The notes under the pieces were generated by a model that worked only from the letters and a program-made list of their open reading frames with translations, was not told where the DNA came from and made no database searches. The translations under genes and the position numbers were made by a program. A stretch of 63,974 nt of DNA, filler included. It is 10 parts of 10 records of this genome, joined end to end, with 100 filler letters (N's around TTAATTAATTAA, not from the genome) between each part and the next. Parts side by side here need not be neighbours in the genome. Positions count along the whole stretch, not along the records: positions 27,018 to 37,486 come from SRR7504441_164; positions 37,587 to 42,639 come from SRR7504441_168; positions 42,740 to 47,063 come from SRR7504441_170; 7 more parts are not named here. The stretch is one strand, 5' to 3'. Of the stretch, positions 32,719 to 42,852 are shown one piece after another (position 1 is the stretch's first letter; every line of letters begins with the position of its first letter).

Positions 32719-33324
32719 ATGCGGCTGGCAGCGTGGGCTTTGGGGTTGGCGCTGGTGGTGGTGGATCGGAGCACCGGGGATTGCTGCAGCCCGCAGTGCA
32801 ACTCGTGCTATCTGCGGCTGAGCCAGACCGCCAACAACGTGACCCGGTTGACCGTTCCGGACAACTGCCACGTGTATACGGGCCAGTGCGGGAGCAGCTG
32901 GTTCCAGGAGAAGCACGACTACCGTTGGTGCGACGACCAGGACGCCTGCTATGCCGAACACTCGGAGGACTGCTGCGACCCCAAGAACAGCGCGGTCTTC
33001 TGGACCGTCTTCCTGCTGCTCGCCATCGGCTCCGGTTGCGCCGTGCTCGCCTGCTGCTTCTTCTGTGAGCAGTGCCCGCTCTCTCAGTACTATCTGGAGT
33101 CGGAGGACGGGGCAGCGGTGCTGTTCGCCCCGGCCGCCCCTGGGGTCTCCCGCGGGGTGCCGGTGGAGCAGGCCGCGTACGGGTCGGTGCCAGCCCCGCC
33201 GAGCGCGGAGGCAAACCCGGCGGCGAGCGGACAAGAGATGCAAACCTATCACGTAGGCAAGCCAGGCGAAACCGGCTGGGCAGGCAGCCCCCCTCCGGGC
33301 AAATACGAGGACGCTATCCTCTGA
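32719..33324 (+). CDS. Small single-pass membrane protein with Cys-rich ectodomain and Pro-rich tail (Shisa-like layout)
   Basis: Signal peptide, ten-Cys ectodomain, TM segment VFWTVFLLLAIGSGCAVLACCFF followed by a Cys cluster, tail SPPPGKYEDAI. Confidence 0.7.
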   Translation: MRLAAWALGLALVVVDRSTGDCCSPQCNSCYLRLSQTANNVTRLTVPDNCHVYTGQCGSSWFQEKHDYRWCDDQDACYAEHSEDCCDPKNSAVFWTVFLLLAIGSGCAVLACCFFCEQCPLSQYYLESEDGAAVLFAPAAPGVSRGVPVEQAAYGSVPAPPSAEANPAASGQEMQTYHVGKPGETGWAGSPPPGKYEDAIL

Positions 33325-33417
33325 TATCACCATAGCGTTTCTGACGAATTAATTATACATGTAACCCCTTTTTCAATGACGAGCAACGACAAGATCAAAT
33401 TGAAGTATCTAAATAGC

Positions 33418-34620
33418 TCAAATAGCAGTCGGAGAATTGCGGTTGCCTCTATTCCGAGTAGAATCCGAGACTGACCCTAATCCTCCATGGTTGGTTTGCA
33501 TTTCAGGCATCACCGTCTCGACGATGAACTTGGCAATTTCTGGATTCGACCAATAGCATGTATGTGCCAGCTGACCTTGCCGGAACATCAAGGACATTAT
33601 ACTCGAACCTGACTCGTTGGTTGGGATAACCCAGTCTACTCGCCTCCCGTTCCTTTCTACTCCAGCTAGCATGTCCGGTATGGTTTGATTGGCCGCTGTT
33701 TCCTGTGGCTTACTATCGAATAGTTGACCGAACCAGCCCGGTGTCTCCGGCTTGTCAGGCTGATCTGCCGGCGCAGACGCCTCGGTTGGCTCCTGCTCGG
33801 TGGCAAGGTGGCTTGCGCTTAGGAAGGCACCAGACATGGCCCCAGACCACTCGCCGAGCGTGTCTGCTATTGAGCTCAGGAGCCCATCAGAGCACTGGGT
33901 GAGCTCGGCAGGCGGGACCCGCGCCCATTCACGATCTAGACCGGGCTCCACTCGGAATGCGAGCACGTCGTGCGGGTGGAACAAGTTGTACACCTGAGGC
34001 CCATAGCCCCCGAGCCCAGCAGCCACGTGGCTGAGCAGTTGGGGCCGGCCGTTCTCGGAGAGCATGGCGAACCCACCGATGTTGGCGCCCAGGTAAAACA
34101 AGTGGGCCGGCCGGAAGCTCAGCGGGCTGCCGTTGAGCAGCTCGAACAGGATCGTGCCCCCGAGCGAATGGGCCGCGATCGAGCAACCGCCCACCCAGCC
34201 CGGCCACCGGGTGCGCACTGCGGCGTACAGTGCCTCCAGCTGCTCGCGGACGGTCCGAAGCACCACCGGCCGGAACCTGGAGGACATGAAGCCGACCACC
34301 GACCCAAGAGTCTCCTGAATCAGCCGCCGGGCCGGCTCGCCCTCGGCCAGATCCATGGGCTCGAGCTCCGGCCCGAGCACTGCGTGGATGGCAGAGTGCC
34401 ACTCGAGCCCAAGCACGGCCACCCCCGGGCCGGCACGGTCGAGCGAGGCCTGGAAGGTGCTGAGCATCTCCGGGAGCCCCATCTGGAGCCCGCCGCTACC
34501 GCCTGGGGCCCCGACCCCGTGCAGCACCAGCAGCAGGTGGACCGGCGGCTCGGCCGACAGCCCGGCCACCGCCGCATCCGGCTTGAGCAACCAGCCCGGC
34601 GGCCCCTCCTCCGCTGTCAT
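33418..34620 (-). CDS. DDHD-domain phospholipase A1-like lipase; intronless
   Basis: HLLLVLHGVG, SIAAHSLGGTILFELL (catalytic Ser), YNLFHPHDVLAFRVEP, RVDWVI and AHTCYWSNPEIAKFI. Confidence 0.88.
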   Translation of the reverse strand: MTAEEGPPGWLLKPDAAVAGLSAEPPVHLLLVLHGVGAPGGSGGLQMGLPEMLSTFQASLDRAGPGVAVLGLEWHSAIHAVLGPELEPMDLAEGEPARRLIQETLGSVVGFMSSRFRPVVLRTVREQLEALYAAVRTRWPGWVGGCSIAAHSLGGTILFELLNGSPLSFRPAHLFYLGANIGGFAMLSENGRPQLLSHVAAGLGGYGPQVYNLFHPHDVLAFRVEPGLDREWARVPPAELTQCSDGLLSSIADTLGEWSGAMSGAFLSASHLATEQEPTEASAPADQPDKPETPGWFGQLFDSKPQETAANQTIPDMLAGVERNGRRVDWVIPTNESGSSIMSLMFRQGQLAHTCYWSNPEIAKFIVETVMPEMQTNHGGLGSVSDSTRNRGNRNSPTAI

Positions 34621-34700
34621 CCCAGGCCACTCGACCGGCCTTCCCCTCGCGTCATCCACCCTGGCTGGCCGCGGCCGTTATGCTGCCGTTACCGCACCGG

Positions 34701-36263
34701 ATGGCGGACGTGGTCGAGATGCTCGAGGCGCGGGCGCTAGGCCAGGGCGGGCAGCCAGCCTGGCGGGGCAGCTGGGCCTGCTGCTGCTGCTGCTCTGGGG
34801 CTGCGGACAGATCGAGCGCTGGAGCTGCGGGAACGTGCCGGCCATGGTCTGCGAGATTGTCGTCGGGATGGCGCTCGGGCCGCCGGGGCTCGGGATCGTG
34901 CCGCACGTGGACGGGCTGATCCTGATCGGGCAGCTCGGGCTGGTGCTGATTGTGCTCGAGGGCGGGATGCACATCGCGCTCGACACGCTCCGGCTGGTCG
35001 GGCTCAAAGCGATGGCGGTGGCGCTCTCAGGCAGACAACGCCGGCCGGCAGATGCTCACCCGAGCATGTCAGGCACCGCGCTGCCCATCGGCCTGGCGGT
35101 GGCCGCGCTGTCGCCCTTCTCCCAGTTTAGCGTCAAAGAGAGCGTTGTGGTGGGCACCTCGCTATCCTCGACGGCGATCGGTGGCGGACTGGCCGGCCGG
35201 GCTGATTGCGGGCAGGGATGGCGGCTCAGATGATGCAGGGTGAGGACATGCTCGGGTGCTACGCGGGGCAGCTCATCTGCTCGGCCGCCATGATAGACGA
35301 CGTGGCATCGCTTGTGCTGCTCGCCATGATCGCCAGCCTGACTGGAGGCTCATCCAGCCACACCGTATGGGGGCCGGGCGACGGCCTGTGGGGCGTGCTG
35401 ATTCCGCTGCTCGCCTCCATCGGGTTCATAGCACTCAGCCTCCCACTCACGGTGCTGCTAGATTCAGTCGGTGGCTGAGCGGTCTGCAGATGCTCACTCC
35501 CCGACTGTACAATCGCTGCCCGATCCGCTCAGACGAATTTAGATTAGTTTTGGTCGGGCTGATGACCGCCGCGCTAGTTGCCGGCGCCTACTACGCTCGG
35601 ACCACCTTTCTGCTCGGCGCGTTCACTGCGGGGATGTGCTTCAGCAGTGTGCCTGCTGTGGTCGGATCATTTGACAAGCTCGCCCCTCCCGTGACCAGCT
35701 GGACGTCCTCGCTCTTCTTCAGCTCGATTGGATTCCAGATACCGGCCGCCGAGCTGTTCGACCTCGAGGCCTTGCTGTTTGGCGCCCTGCTGCTGGCGAC
35801 TGTGGCCGTGGCCTCCAAGGTGGTCACGGGTGTTTTTGCCTGGGATATCAAATGGCTAGTCGGGTGGGCTATGGTCGGCCGTGGCGAGTTGGGCTTTGTG
35901 ATGGCATCTGAAGCTTACGACCAGGGCCTTACCTCAAAGCTCGGCTTCGCCGTATGTGCGTAGCTCGCCCTATGCGCACCCGCTCAGTCTTGGCTGCAGC
36001 CTCATGGGCGTTGCTCATTGCGACATTGATTTCGCCGATTGTATTCAAGCGAGTACTCAAGCACACTCCAACAGAGCTCACACATCGACCAAAGGTGCGC
36101 ATGCTGCTGCCTATACTGGTAACCATGTTGATCTTAGGAGGACCTTGGCTCCAAACCGGAGGAGCGTGGTGTAGAGGCAGAAGAGCGTTGTTCTAAGAGC
36201 GAACAACTAGAAAGCGGGCATGGCGGCACCACAATTAATTTGAATAAAGCTGTAAATCTGTAG
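34701..36263 (+). CDS. CPA2-family (NapA/KefB-like) Na+(K+)/H+ antiporter; multi-exon
   Basis: MVCEIVVGMALGP, GQLGLVLIVLEGGM, SLSSTAIG, AAMIDDVASLVLLAMI, LGAFTAGM and GWAMVGRGELGF. GC-AG introns at 34728-34771 and 35031-35072. Confidence 0.88.
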
Positions 36264-36347
36264 ATGAGGCGGGATTTGCCAGGCCGAAGGCTTATTATTA
36301 CGTACGCAACTTAAATAATTTAAAAGGAATTAACAACACGCAAGATG

Positions 36348-37291
36348 TTAGCTCGGGAAATGTGTGGAGAAGGTCTGCGCAGCTTCGGCCGCCAGCTGCC
36401 ACATCGCCCTCCTCTCCCGCACGGTCTGCACCGCCCTCCGCGCCTCCCCGGGGCTCCGCGCCCCGAGGGCCGCCTCAAGTTCGCCATGCTCTACGCGATC
36501 AGTCAACTCACTCCTGACTGCCTCAGCCAGCTCCATCACCCAACCCTGCAGCCGCTCCGCTCGGCGCTCGGCCTGCGCCATCCGCCTTTCGGCCGCCTGC
36601 CGTCCGGCCATCGCCGCCCGCACCCTCCACGCCGTCAAAGCGTGGTGCAACTGCCTCGACCTCTGCACGAGCGCCGGGCCAGCGCATTGGCGAGTACTCA
36701 GCCTTGCGAGCGCATCGGCCAGCTCCTCCTCGGCCAGCTGCTCCCGCCCCCAGGCCTCCCCGGCCAGCTGGAGTGCCGCCCGCAGCTCGGCTCGCAACAT
36801 CTGCCCCCGGCGCTTGCCCGCAGCCGGCCAGCTGACCCACCCCCTCCTCTGACCCCGGGCTGCGCAAGGGGCTCTCCGAGCTGGACCGTCGCCGCCGATA
36901 CAGCAACCCGACCTACCACTCGTGCCGGTCGCCCTGGGCCGGCCGCCACCTGTTCGAACTGCTGCACCACGGCCGCGAACTCGGTCGGGTCCTCCGGCAG
37001 CACCTGCCAGCGCTGACCACGACGGGTAGGCGGGAGCACCCCGTCGAAGTAGCGTACAAACTCGGCCCGCTGGACCGTCCCGTCCCGATTCCGGTCCAGT
37101 CGGGCCAGCAGACGCTGGTTCTTGCGGGCCGTCCACCGGTCGTGTCGGTGCCCGAGCTGCCGACGGGCGCGGCCGAGCTCGAGCAGTTGGTCCGGGTGGA
37201 TCTGGTCGGCGCCCCCCAGGTCGAACAGCCCAAACACCCGCCCGAGCGCCTCCTGGCGGGGGCCGGCGGGGAAGTCCTGGCGCTCACACAT
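36348..37291 (-). CDS. EF-hand protein with C-terminal coiled coil; multi-exon
   Basis: VFGLFDLGGADQIHPDQL and LARLDRNRDGTVQRAEF. Confidence 0.65.
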
Positions 37292-37486
37292 CTGCCCAAG
37301 GCCGCTCACAGCTGTGCCGGACGTGATCGTTGCTACGCGCCCCACGGACGATCCGCGTCAAGTGGCCGCGGCGTCGAACGCCACCCGACAGGTCCCCCGG
37401 CCAGTCCGACGGATTGTCGTTATCCCTCGATGCTCGAGCAGTCTTGCTGTTATTTCGTTAATGCTCTAATATAGTCTACAAAAAGG

Positions 37487-37586
37487 NNNNNNNNNNNNNN
37501 NNNNNNNNNNNNNNNNNNNNNNNNNNNNNNTTAATTAATTAANNNNNNNNNNNNNNNNNNNNNNNNNNNNNNNNNNNNNNNNNNNN
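37487..37586. other. Artificial contig linker
   Basis: 44N-TTAATTAATTAA-44N. Confidence 0.99.
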
Positions 37587-39089
37587 GGCGGCGGCCGGGA
37601 TGAGTTTCGACCCAGTGTTCGGGGGCTCGATGGTGCTCCAGCGCGACCAGCCGGCTCAGCTCTGGGGCTCCGGCGCTCCCCCCGGCGCGCCGGTCTCGGC
37701 AACGCTGGCCGGTGTGCAGTACAATGGCTCGGCCGCTGGGCCCGACGGCCGCTGGGCGGTGCAGCTCGGCCCGTTGCCGGCGGGCAGCCACGGGCCGCTG
37801 GTGGTGTCGGCCGGGTCGGTCCAGGCCAGCCTGGAGGACGTGCTGTTCGGGGATCTGCTCCTATGCTCCGGCCAGTCCAACAGTGCGCCGGGTTGCCGCC
37901 GGGGCTTACCGCGGGGGCAGTGGTTTTCTCGCTGGGCCAGGGCTTTGGGGACCGCCAGGCCATCGCCCGTGCCGGTGCCAACCCTGCCTACCAGCGCATC
38001 CGGCTCTTCACGGTCGCGCCGGCTGGGGCTGACCGGCCGGTTGAGTCGATCGGGCCGCCGGCACAGGGCTGGAGCCGGGCGGATAGCCACAACTTGAGCT
38101 CGAGCAAACCGTTCAGTTGGTTCTCCGCGGTGTGCTGGTATGCAGGGCAAGCCGTGTACGATCGACTCAACCAGACAGTCCCAATTGGGCTGGTGACCTC
38201 GGCGGTGGGGGGGACCAAGATCCACCAGTGGAGCTCGCCCGACGCGCTCGGGCGTTGCAACAGCACCGGTGTGGCGGACAACTCTGTGCACTGGAACGCC
38301 ATGATCAGCCCTCTGCTCCGGTTGAGGTATCGGGCGGTGCTCTGGGTGCAAGGCGAATCCGACGTGGACCCGCACGACCCGCCGCAGCCGGCCCAGCCCG
38401 AGCGTGGGGCCTCGTACTACCGGTGCGCAATCAGGGCGATGATAGCCGACTGGCGAACAAAGTTCGGGTTGGGCCAGCTACCGTTTGTTTGGACCCAGCT
38501 GTCGCCGTGGGTCGGGCACGAGGCAGCGACCTCGCTGTGGCAGCTCCCCGCCCTCAGACAAGCCCAGATGGCGGCCGACCAACTGCCGGGCACTGGATTT
38601 GCGTCGGCTGTTGACCTTGGGGATCCAGACCCGAGCACCAACCCGTGGGGTGGGGTGCACTGGCGCAACAAGAGCACAATCGGGGCCAGGCTGGCCGGGG
38701 TGCTCGCTGCGATGCTGTACAATCAGACCGCGCAGCACACCGGCCCAGCCGCCGTGGCCGCAAAGTACGTCCCAACAGACCGGGCAGTGGAGGTGAGGTT
38801 TGAGCCTGGGTCGGTGGGCAGCGGGCTGCGGTTTGTGCCTCGAGTCTGCCCGTTTTTTAAACTGAATCAGTCAGAGAACGTCGAGCGGTGCGGCTGGTTT
38901 GAGGCTCAGAGCAGCAGTGGCCAGTGGCTGAATGCCAGTGCACGGATTGGGCCAGACCGGCGCAGTGTGCTGGTGTCGGCTGCCAATGGGACCCGGGCGG
39001 TGCGCTACTTGTGGGCTGATTGGCCGGTGGCCACACTGTACAATATGGAGTTACTCCCGGCCATACCGTTCTGGTTGCCGCTTACATGA
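37587..39089 (+). CDS. SIAE: Sialate O-acetylesterase (SASA domain, SIAE-like); 5' probably truncated; one intron
   Basis: FGGSMVLQRD, DVLFGDLLLCSGQSN|M (GT-AG intron at ~37883-37920), FSAVCWY, PIGLVTSAVGGT, LWVQGESD, LRQAQ and DLGD...VHWRNK. Confidence 0.9.
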   Translation, partial: GGGRDEFRPSVRGLDGAPARPAGSALGLRRSPRRAGLGNAGRCAVQWLGRWARRPLGGAARPVAGGQPRAAGGVGRVGPGQPGGRAVRGSAPMLRPVQQCAGLPPGLTAGAVVFSLGQGFGDRQAIARAGANPAYQRIRLFTVAPAGADRPVESIGPPAQGWSRADSHNLSSSKPFSWFSAVCWYAGQAVYDRLNQTVPIGLVTSAVGGTKIHQWSSPDALGRCNSTGVADNSVHWNAMISPLLRLRYRAVLWVQGESDVDPHDPPQPAQPERGASYYRCAIRAMIADWRTKFGLGQLPFVWTQLSPWVGHEAATSLWQLPALRQAQMAADQLPGTGFASAVDLGDPDPSTNPWGGVHWRNKSTIGARLAGVLAAMLYNQTAQHTGPAAVAAKYVPTDRAVEVRFEPGSVGSGLRFVPRVCPFFKLNQSENVERCGWFEAQSSSGQWLNASARIGPDRRSVLVSAANGTRAVRYLWADWPVATLYNMELLPAIPFWLPLT

Positions 39090-39200
39090 AACACACACTA
39101 AAATGATACTAAAATGAATCTAATGAATGAGCTTCTGAATTCGAACGCACACACGTAGATATCTAACGGTAGATAACGGTAGATATCGGCTTAATATCGG

Positions 39201-40514
39201 CTAATCCGAAGCCGAGGGAAACAACCAGCCGTGCTGCAACACTTGGAAGCCTCTCTGATGATAAGCGTCTGCGGTAATCTTACACGCATCATAACGCCCA
39301 CGACCTGTCGCCAGCTGCGCCGCTCCACACCAAGCCCGCTGCTCGCTGCCATCGGCCACTCCCATCGTTGACCGGTCTGAATCACCCGCCACCGACATCG
39401 AGATGCACCCAACCACGTTCTTCCTGGCCCGGCGCCCAAACTCGTTACGGAGCCGCGTGGCCAGCCCTGGAAGCAGTGCAGTCCCGCCCGAGAGCACCAC
39501 TCGCCCGCGGGTGAGCTCTTGCCTCCTACTCAGTCCAGCCGGGTGCAAGTGCTCAGCTGCATGCTGCAGCAGCCCCACCAGCCCGTCCACCACCACGGCG
39601 GGCTGGTCCGAATCTGGCAGCATCTGAGCCGTGTTCGGGCCGCTGGTTGTGCATTCCAGCTCCAACGGCCCAAAAAGCGCCTCGGCACAGTCGACCCTAT
39701 GCCCAGCAGTCAGCTCGATTGTCTTGCCCGGCTCAAGCTTTACAGAACACTTGAGCCAATCCTCCATCTCGGCCTCGGTCTGCGATTGGGCCAGCCCCGG
39801 CGCCCGGGCCCGTACAAAGCAATGCTCGTGCTTGATCCTCCGCAGCTGCTCCTCTCTCAGCTGCTCACCCGCCAGCCTATCACCCAGCAGACGCGTCACG
39901 TCCGACCCCCCAAACAGCGCACACGCCAGTGCTGACAGCACCGGCTGGCCGCGGGCCACTGGACAGGCGTAGCTCAGCCGCTCGCCCAGGTGGAGCACCA
40001 TCGCATCGCTCTCCCGGTAGGCCCAGGCCGCCGCCACAGGCTCGCTCACCAGCGCCGCGGCCGGCACCCGCAGCCTCTCGAACAGCAACCGGACAAGCGC
40101 ACGCTCCTGTCCGCGCCCGGCCAGCGGACTGAGCACCAGCAGCAGCTCGCTCTGGGCCGGGTCGACCCCAGCCGCCGTCAGCCCTTGCTCCAGCCCGTCC
40201 CACCCGTTGGCCGGCACCGAGACCATCGGGCATGGGTCGCCAGCATATCCGACCCGGACCGCGGCGTGCCCGAGCTCGGCCACCACCACCGCCCCGTCGT
40301 GCCGGGCCCGCATCCAGTACACTTGCCGCCAGGGCTGGGGCCGGTCGGGCAGCGGGGCCCAGCCGGCCGCCTTGCATAGCGCCAGCCAGTGCCGGTCGGC
40401 GGCGGCGCGGAGCCGGGGGCTGGCCGAGTCGAGCAGCCGGAGGGTGCGGCTGCCGACGGTCCGGTGCTGCATCAGCCGGAGCAGCACGTCCTCGGGCAAC
40501 TCGTCCAGGCGCAT
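39201..40514 (-). CDS. F-box domain fused to an actin-related (ARP) domain; intronless
   Basis: F-box LDELPEDVLLRLM. Actin fold: VVAELGHAAVRVGYAGDPCP, LLFERLRVPA, VLHLGERLSYACPV, FGGSDVTRLL, RIKHEHCFV, AEALFGP, VVLSGGTALLPGLATRL and AWCGAAQLA. Confidence 0.88.
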   Translation of the reverse strand: MRLDELPEDVLLRLMQHRTVGSRTLRLLDSASPRLRAAADRHWLALCKAAGWAPLPDRPQPWRQVYWMRARHDGAVVVAELGHAAVRVGYAGDPCPMVSVPANGWDGLEQGLTAAGVDPAQSELLLVLSPLAGRGQERALVRLLFERLRVPAAALVSEPVAAAWAYRESDAMVLHLGERLSYACPVARGQPVLSALACALFGGSDVTRLLGDRLAGEQLREEQLRRIKHEHCFVRARAPGLAQSQTEAEMEDWLKCSVKLEPGKTIELTAGHRVDCAEALFGPLELECTTSGPNTAQMLPDSDQPAVVVDGLVGLLQHAAEHLHPAGLSRRQELTRGRVVLSGGTALLPGLATRLRNEFGRRARKNVVGCISMSVAGDSDRSTMGVADGSEQRAWCGAAQLATGRGRYDACKITADAYHQRGFQVLQHGWLFPSASD

Positions 40515-40936
40515 CGCGTCCACCCCGGCGACTCGCGAGGACCAGCAGGTCTACTCGTACATGTGTAGATCTACCGGCAGACCGGTACAGTGTATGCTTC
40601 AAATGCAGCCTGCAACTAGCAACCGGAGTTGTTGTCTGTTGGGTGTGTCGGGAAGTAGTCGGGAAGCGGTGTCGGAGTCGACGTCATCCGAACGCGTGAT
40701 TGCTGAACCGAGCCCGGCTTCCGAGCGGGTGGCTGGTCGCTTGGTACCCCGTAACCCCTCGTGACCTTATCACGTTATGACCCCGCAAACCCTAAGCGAA
40801 TAGATTCAACGGTGGATGAGCATGGGTGCTTGCCGGGTGCCAGGGTTGTGTCACTCGAAATCTACCAATTCTACATGATTGTGCGCTTTATTCAGTCCTG
40901 TTCCACATGTAAGTACATGACTGTGCAGCCTCAGGC

Positions 40937-42085
40937 TCAAGTCCCAGCCAGGCACGTGGCCACGAACTGAGGCACCAGCTCGGGCGCCAAGAAGAACCCG
41001 ACCATCTGCTCGACCAGGTCCTGCAGGTACACCTCCCGCGCCCCGTCCTCCAGCCCACCCAGCTGCCCGGCCACCGCCCCGGCCGCCCGCTCCCACCGCG
41101 CCCGCTCATTCGTGAGCTCCGGGTGCATATCTCCCCCGCACCCAGGCTTATGCGCCCAGTCGTACCCCCCCAAACCAGCAAATCGGCCGGTCAGCCCGGT
41201 CCAGAACCGGCCGACCCGCCTCGCCCCGACCACAGCGGCCGCCAGCACTGGCAGGTACCCTCCTAGAGCCGCCCTGGTCTTGCCTGGAGGCCAGTCGGAC
41301 TCGAACGGCATCGGGAGCTCGAACGCTCGCTCGGCCGGCTCGATCACCGGGCTGGGGCACCAGGCGCTCCGCGCGAGGGTCCAGCCGCCCGGGAGGGCGC
41401 CGCCCAGCGCCTCGGCTTGGTGCAGCCAGAGCGCAGGGAGCCACAGCTGATCGCCAGGTCGAAGCTGAACGTCTCTCAGCTGCCCGGCCAGCGAGGCGAG
41501 CGCCGGCTGGCGGAGCGCGTCGGGCAAGAGCAGCCTGGCCGACCGGTAGCTCGGGTGCAGTCCGGGGTAGAGCCGGACAGCTGGCAGGGCGGAGGGTGGA
41601 AGCAGCAGCATCCGCTTCCGGCCGGCCATCTGACTGAACATGTTGTCGTAGCCGTCGTAGTGCGCCTGAGCCACCACCCCGGCCTGTCCCAACCAGGCCC
41701 GCTCGATGCACCGCCCCCCGGCCGGCAGCCCGATCCGCTCCGGCGGGCCGGACCAGTACCGCCCCCCGCCAGCCAGCAGCCCCGCCAGCCGGGTGCATCG
41801 GGCCGGCGCCCGGTCAGGGAAGAGCCAGCTCAGCTGGGCGGCCGGGTCGTGGTTAGCGAACGGCCCGCCCCCCGCAGGAGCGCCCGCCACGTGGTCGAGC
41901 GCCGCGCGGCTCCGTCGGGCTTCGGCCCACCAGCCGCCGGGCACCACCGGCCCAGCCCCGCGGATCAGCACCGGCAGCCGGCCGAGCCGAGGGAGCGGCC
42001 GACCGGCCCGGTGCTCGAGCACCGGCACATTCCGCACGCCGCCGGCCAGCGCAACGCACAGCAGCGGCACCAGCCACCCCGCCAT
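40937..42085 (-). CDS. JmjC/cupin-8 2-oxoglutarate oxygenase with N-terminal signal/TM segment; intronless
   Basis: AWLGQAGVVAQAHYDGYDNMFSQMAGRKRMLLLPP and LRPGDQLWLPALWLHQAEA (HxD...H). N-terminus MAGWLVPLLCVALAG. Confidence 0.85.
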   Translation of the reverse strand: MAGWLVPLLCVALAGGVRNVPVLEHRAGRPLPRLGRLPVLIRGAGPVVPGGWWAEARRSRAALDHVAGAPAGGGPFANHDPAAQLSWLFPDRAPARCTRLAGLLAGGGRYWSGPPERIGLPAGGRCIERAWLGQAGVVAQAHYDGYDNMFSQMAGRKRMLLLPPSALPAVRLYPGLHPSYRSARLLLPDALRQPALASLAGQLRDVQLRPGDQLWLPALWLHQAEALGGALPGGWTLARSAWCPSPVIEPAERAFELPMPFESDWPPGKTRAALGGYLPVLAAAVVGARRVGRFWTGLTGRFAGLGGYDWAHKPGCGGDMHPELTNERARWERAAGAVAGQLGGLEDGAREVYLQDLVEQMVGFFLAPELVPQFVATCLAGT

Positions 42086-42291
42086 GGGGTAAAAAGCGCC
42101 CAAGGGCGTGTTTGGCGTGGAGGGCCCATTCTGGCCAAAAGTGCGCTCTGGCGCAGGACACTGTTGAGACGGGGCTAGCGTGGAGGCGGGCGTGACGGCC
42201 AAGCGAGCGCGGGTGTCAGGCTGTGGCAGCAGGGCGTCGGGGCTGCCTTGAACGCTGTCTGGCCCAGTCGAGCAGCAAAACACGCAAAAAG

Positions 42292-42364
42292 TGGAACCAC
42301 CGGGTTTCGATCCCGGTACCTCGCCGATGCGAACGGCGCACTCTACCGATTGAGCTATGATCCC
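42292..42364 (-). tRNA. trnA-CGC: tRNA-Ala (anticodon CGC), no intron
   Basis: GGGATCATAGCTCAATCGGTAGAGTGCGCCGTTCGCATCGGCGAGGTACCGGGATCGAAACCCGGTGGTTCCA. Folds as a cloverleaf with the G3:U70 Ala identity pair and anticodon loop TT-CGC-AT. No encoded CCA; followed by a TTTTT Pol III terminator. Confidence 0.96.
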
Positions 42365-42441
42365 AAAGTGACTGCCGAGAAAGCGCACCTTTGATTTAAT
42401 TACCGCAAGCTTTACTACGATCGCGGTTTGGGATTGGGGCA

Positions 42442-42639
42442 ATGAGAGCTCCACTACTGAGAGCGGTCCTCTGGGCGGCGGTGGCGGTGGCCGTTGCCGG
42501 GGCGGCTGGCACGTCCGTCCCGCGGACCGTCAGAACCACCGCGGGCGGGTGCGAGCCGCTGTCTGATGCGGAAGGCGGGTACGCGGCAGGCTGCGCGGGG
42601 CCGTCGGGGGCTACGGACGGGCTGGGGCTCGAGTCTAGC
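42442..42639 (+). CDS. 5' fragment of a secreted protein; truncated by contig end
   Basis: MRAPLLRAVLWAAVAVAVAGAAG signal peptide. Confidence 0.55.
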
Positions 42640-42739
42640 NNNNNNNNNNNNNNNNNNNNNNNNNNNNNNNNNNNNNNNNNNNNTTAATTAATTAANNNNN
42701 NNNNNNNNNNNNNNNNNNNNNNNNNNNNNNNNNNNNNNN
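42640..42739. other. Artificial contig linker
   Basis: 44N-TTAATTAATTAA-44N. Confidence 0.99.
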
Positions 42740-42852
42740 ATCGTTAACTCCTTTAATGCTCCGGTTACCTCGGACATTTCGGAGTCTAACGACTTCGACC
42801 GGAACAGAGACGACACACGGACAAGCTGGCGCACCTCCGAAGGACTACCCGG

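Noticed and set aside
40937-42454. 505-aa ORF apparently extending the JmjC gene through the tRNA
   Set aside because: The upstream extension is chance open frame across the tRNA and promoter. The plausible start is ATG 42085, which begins a signal peptide.
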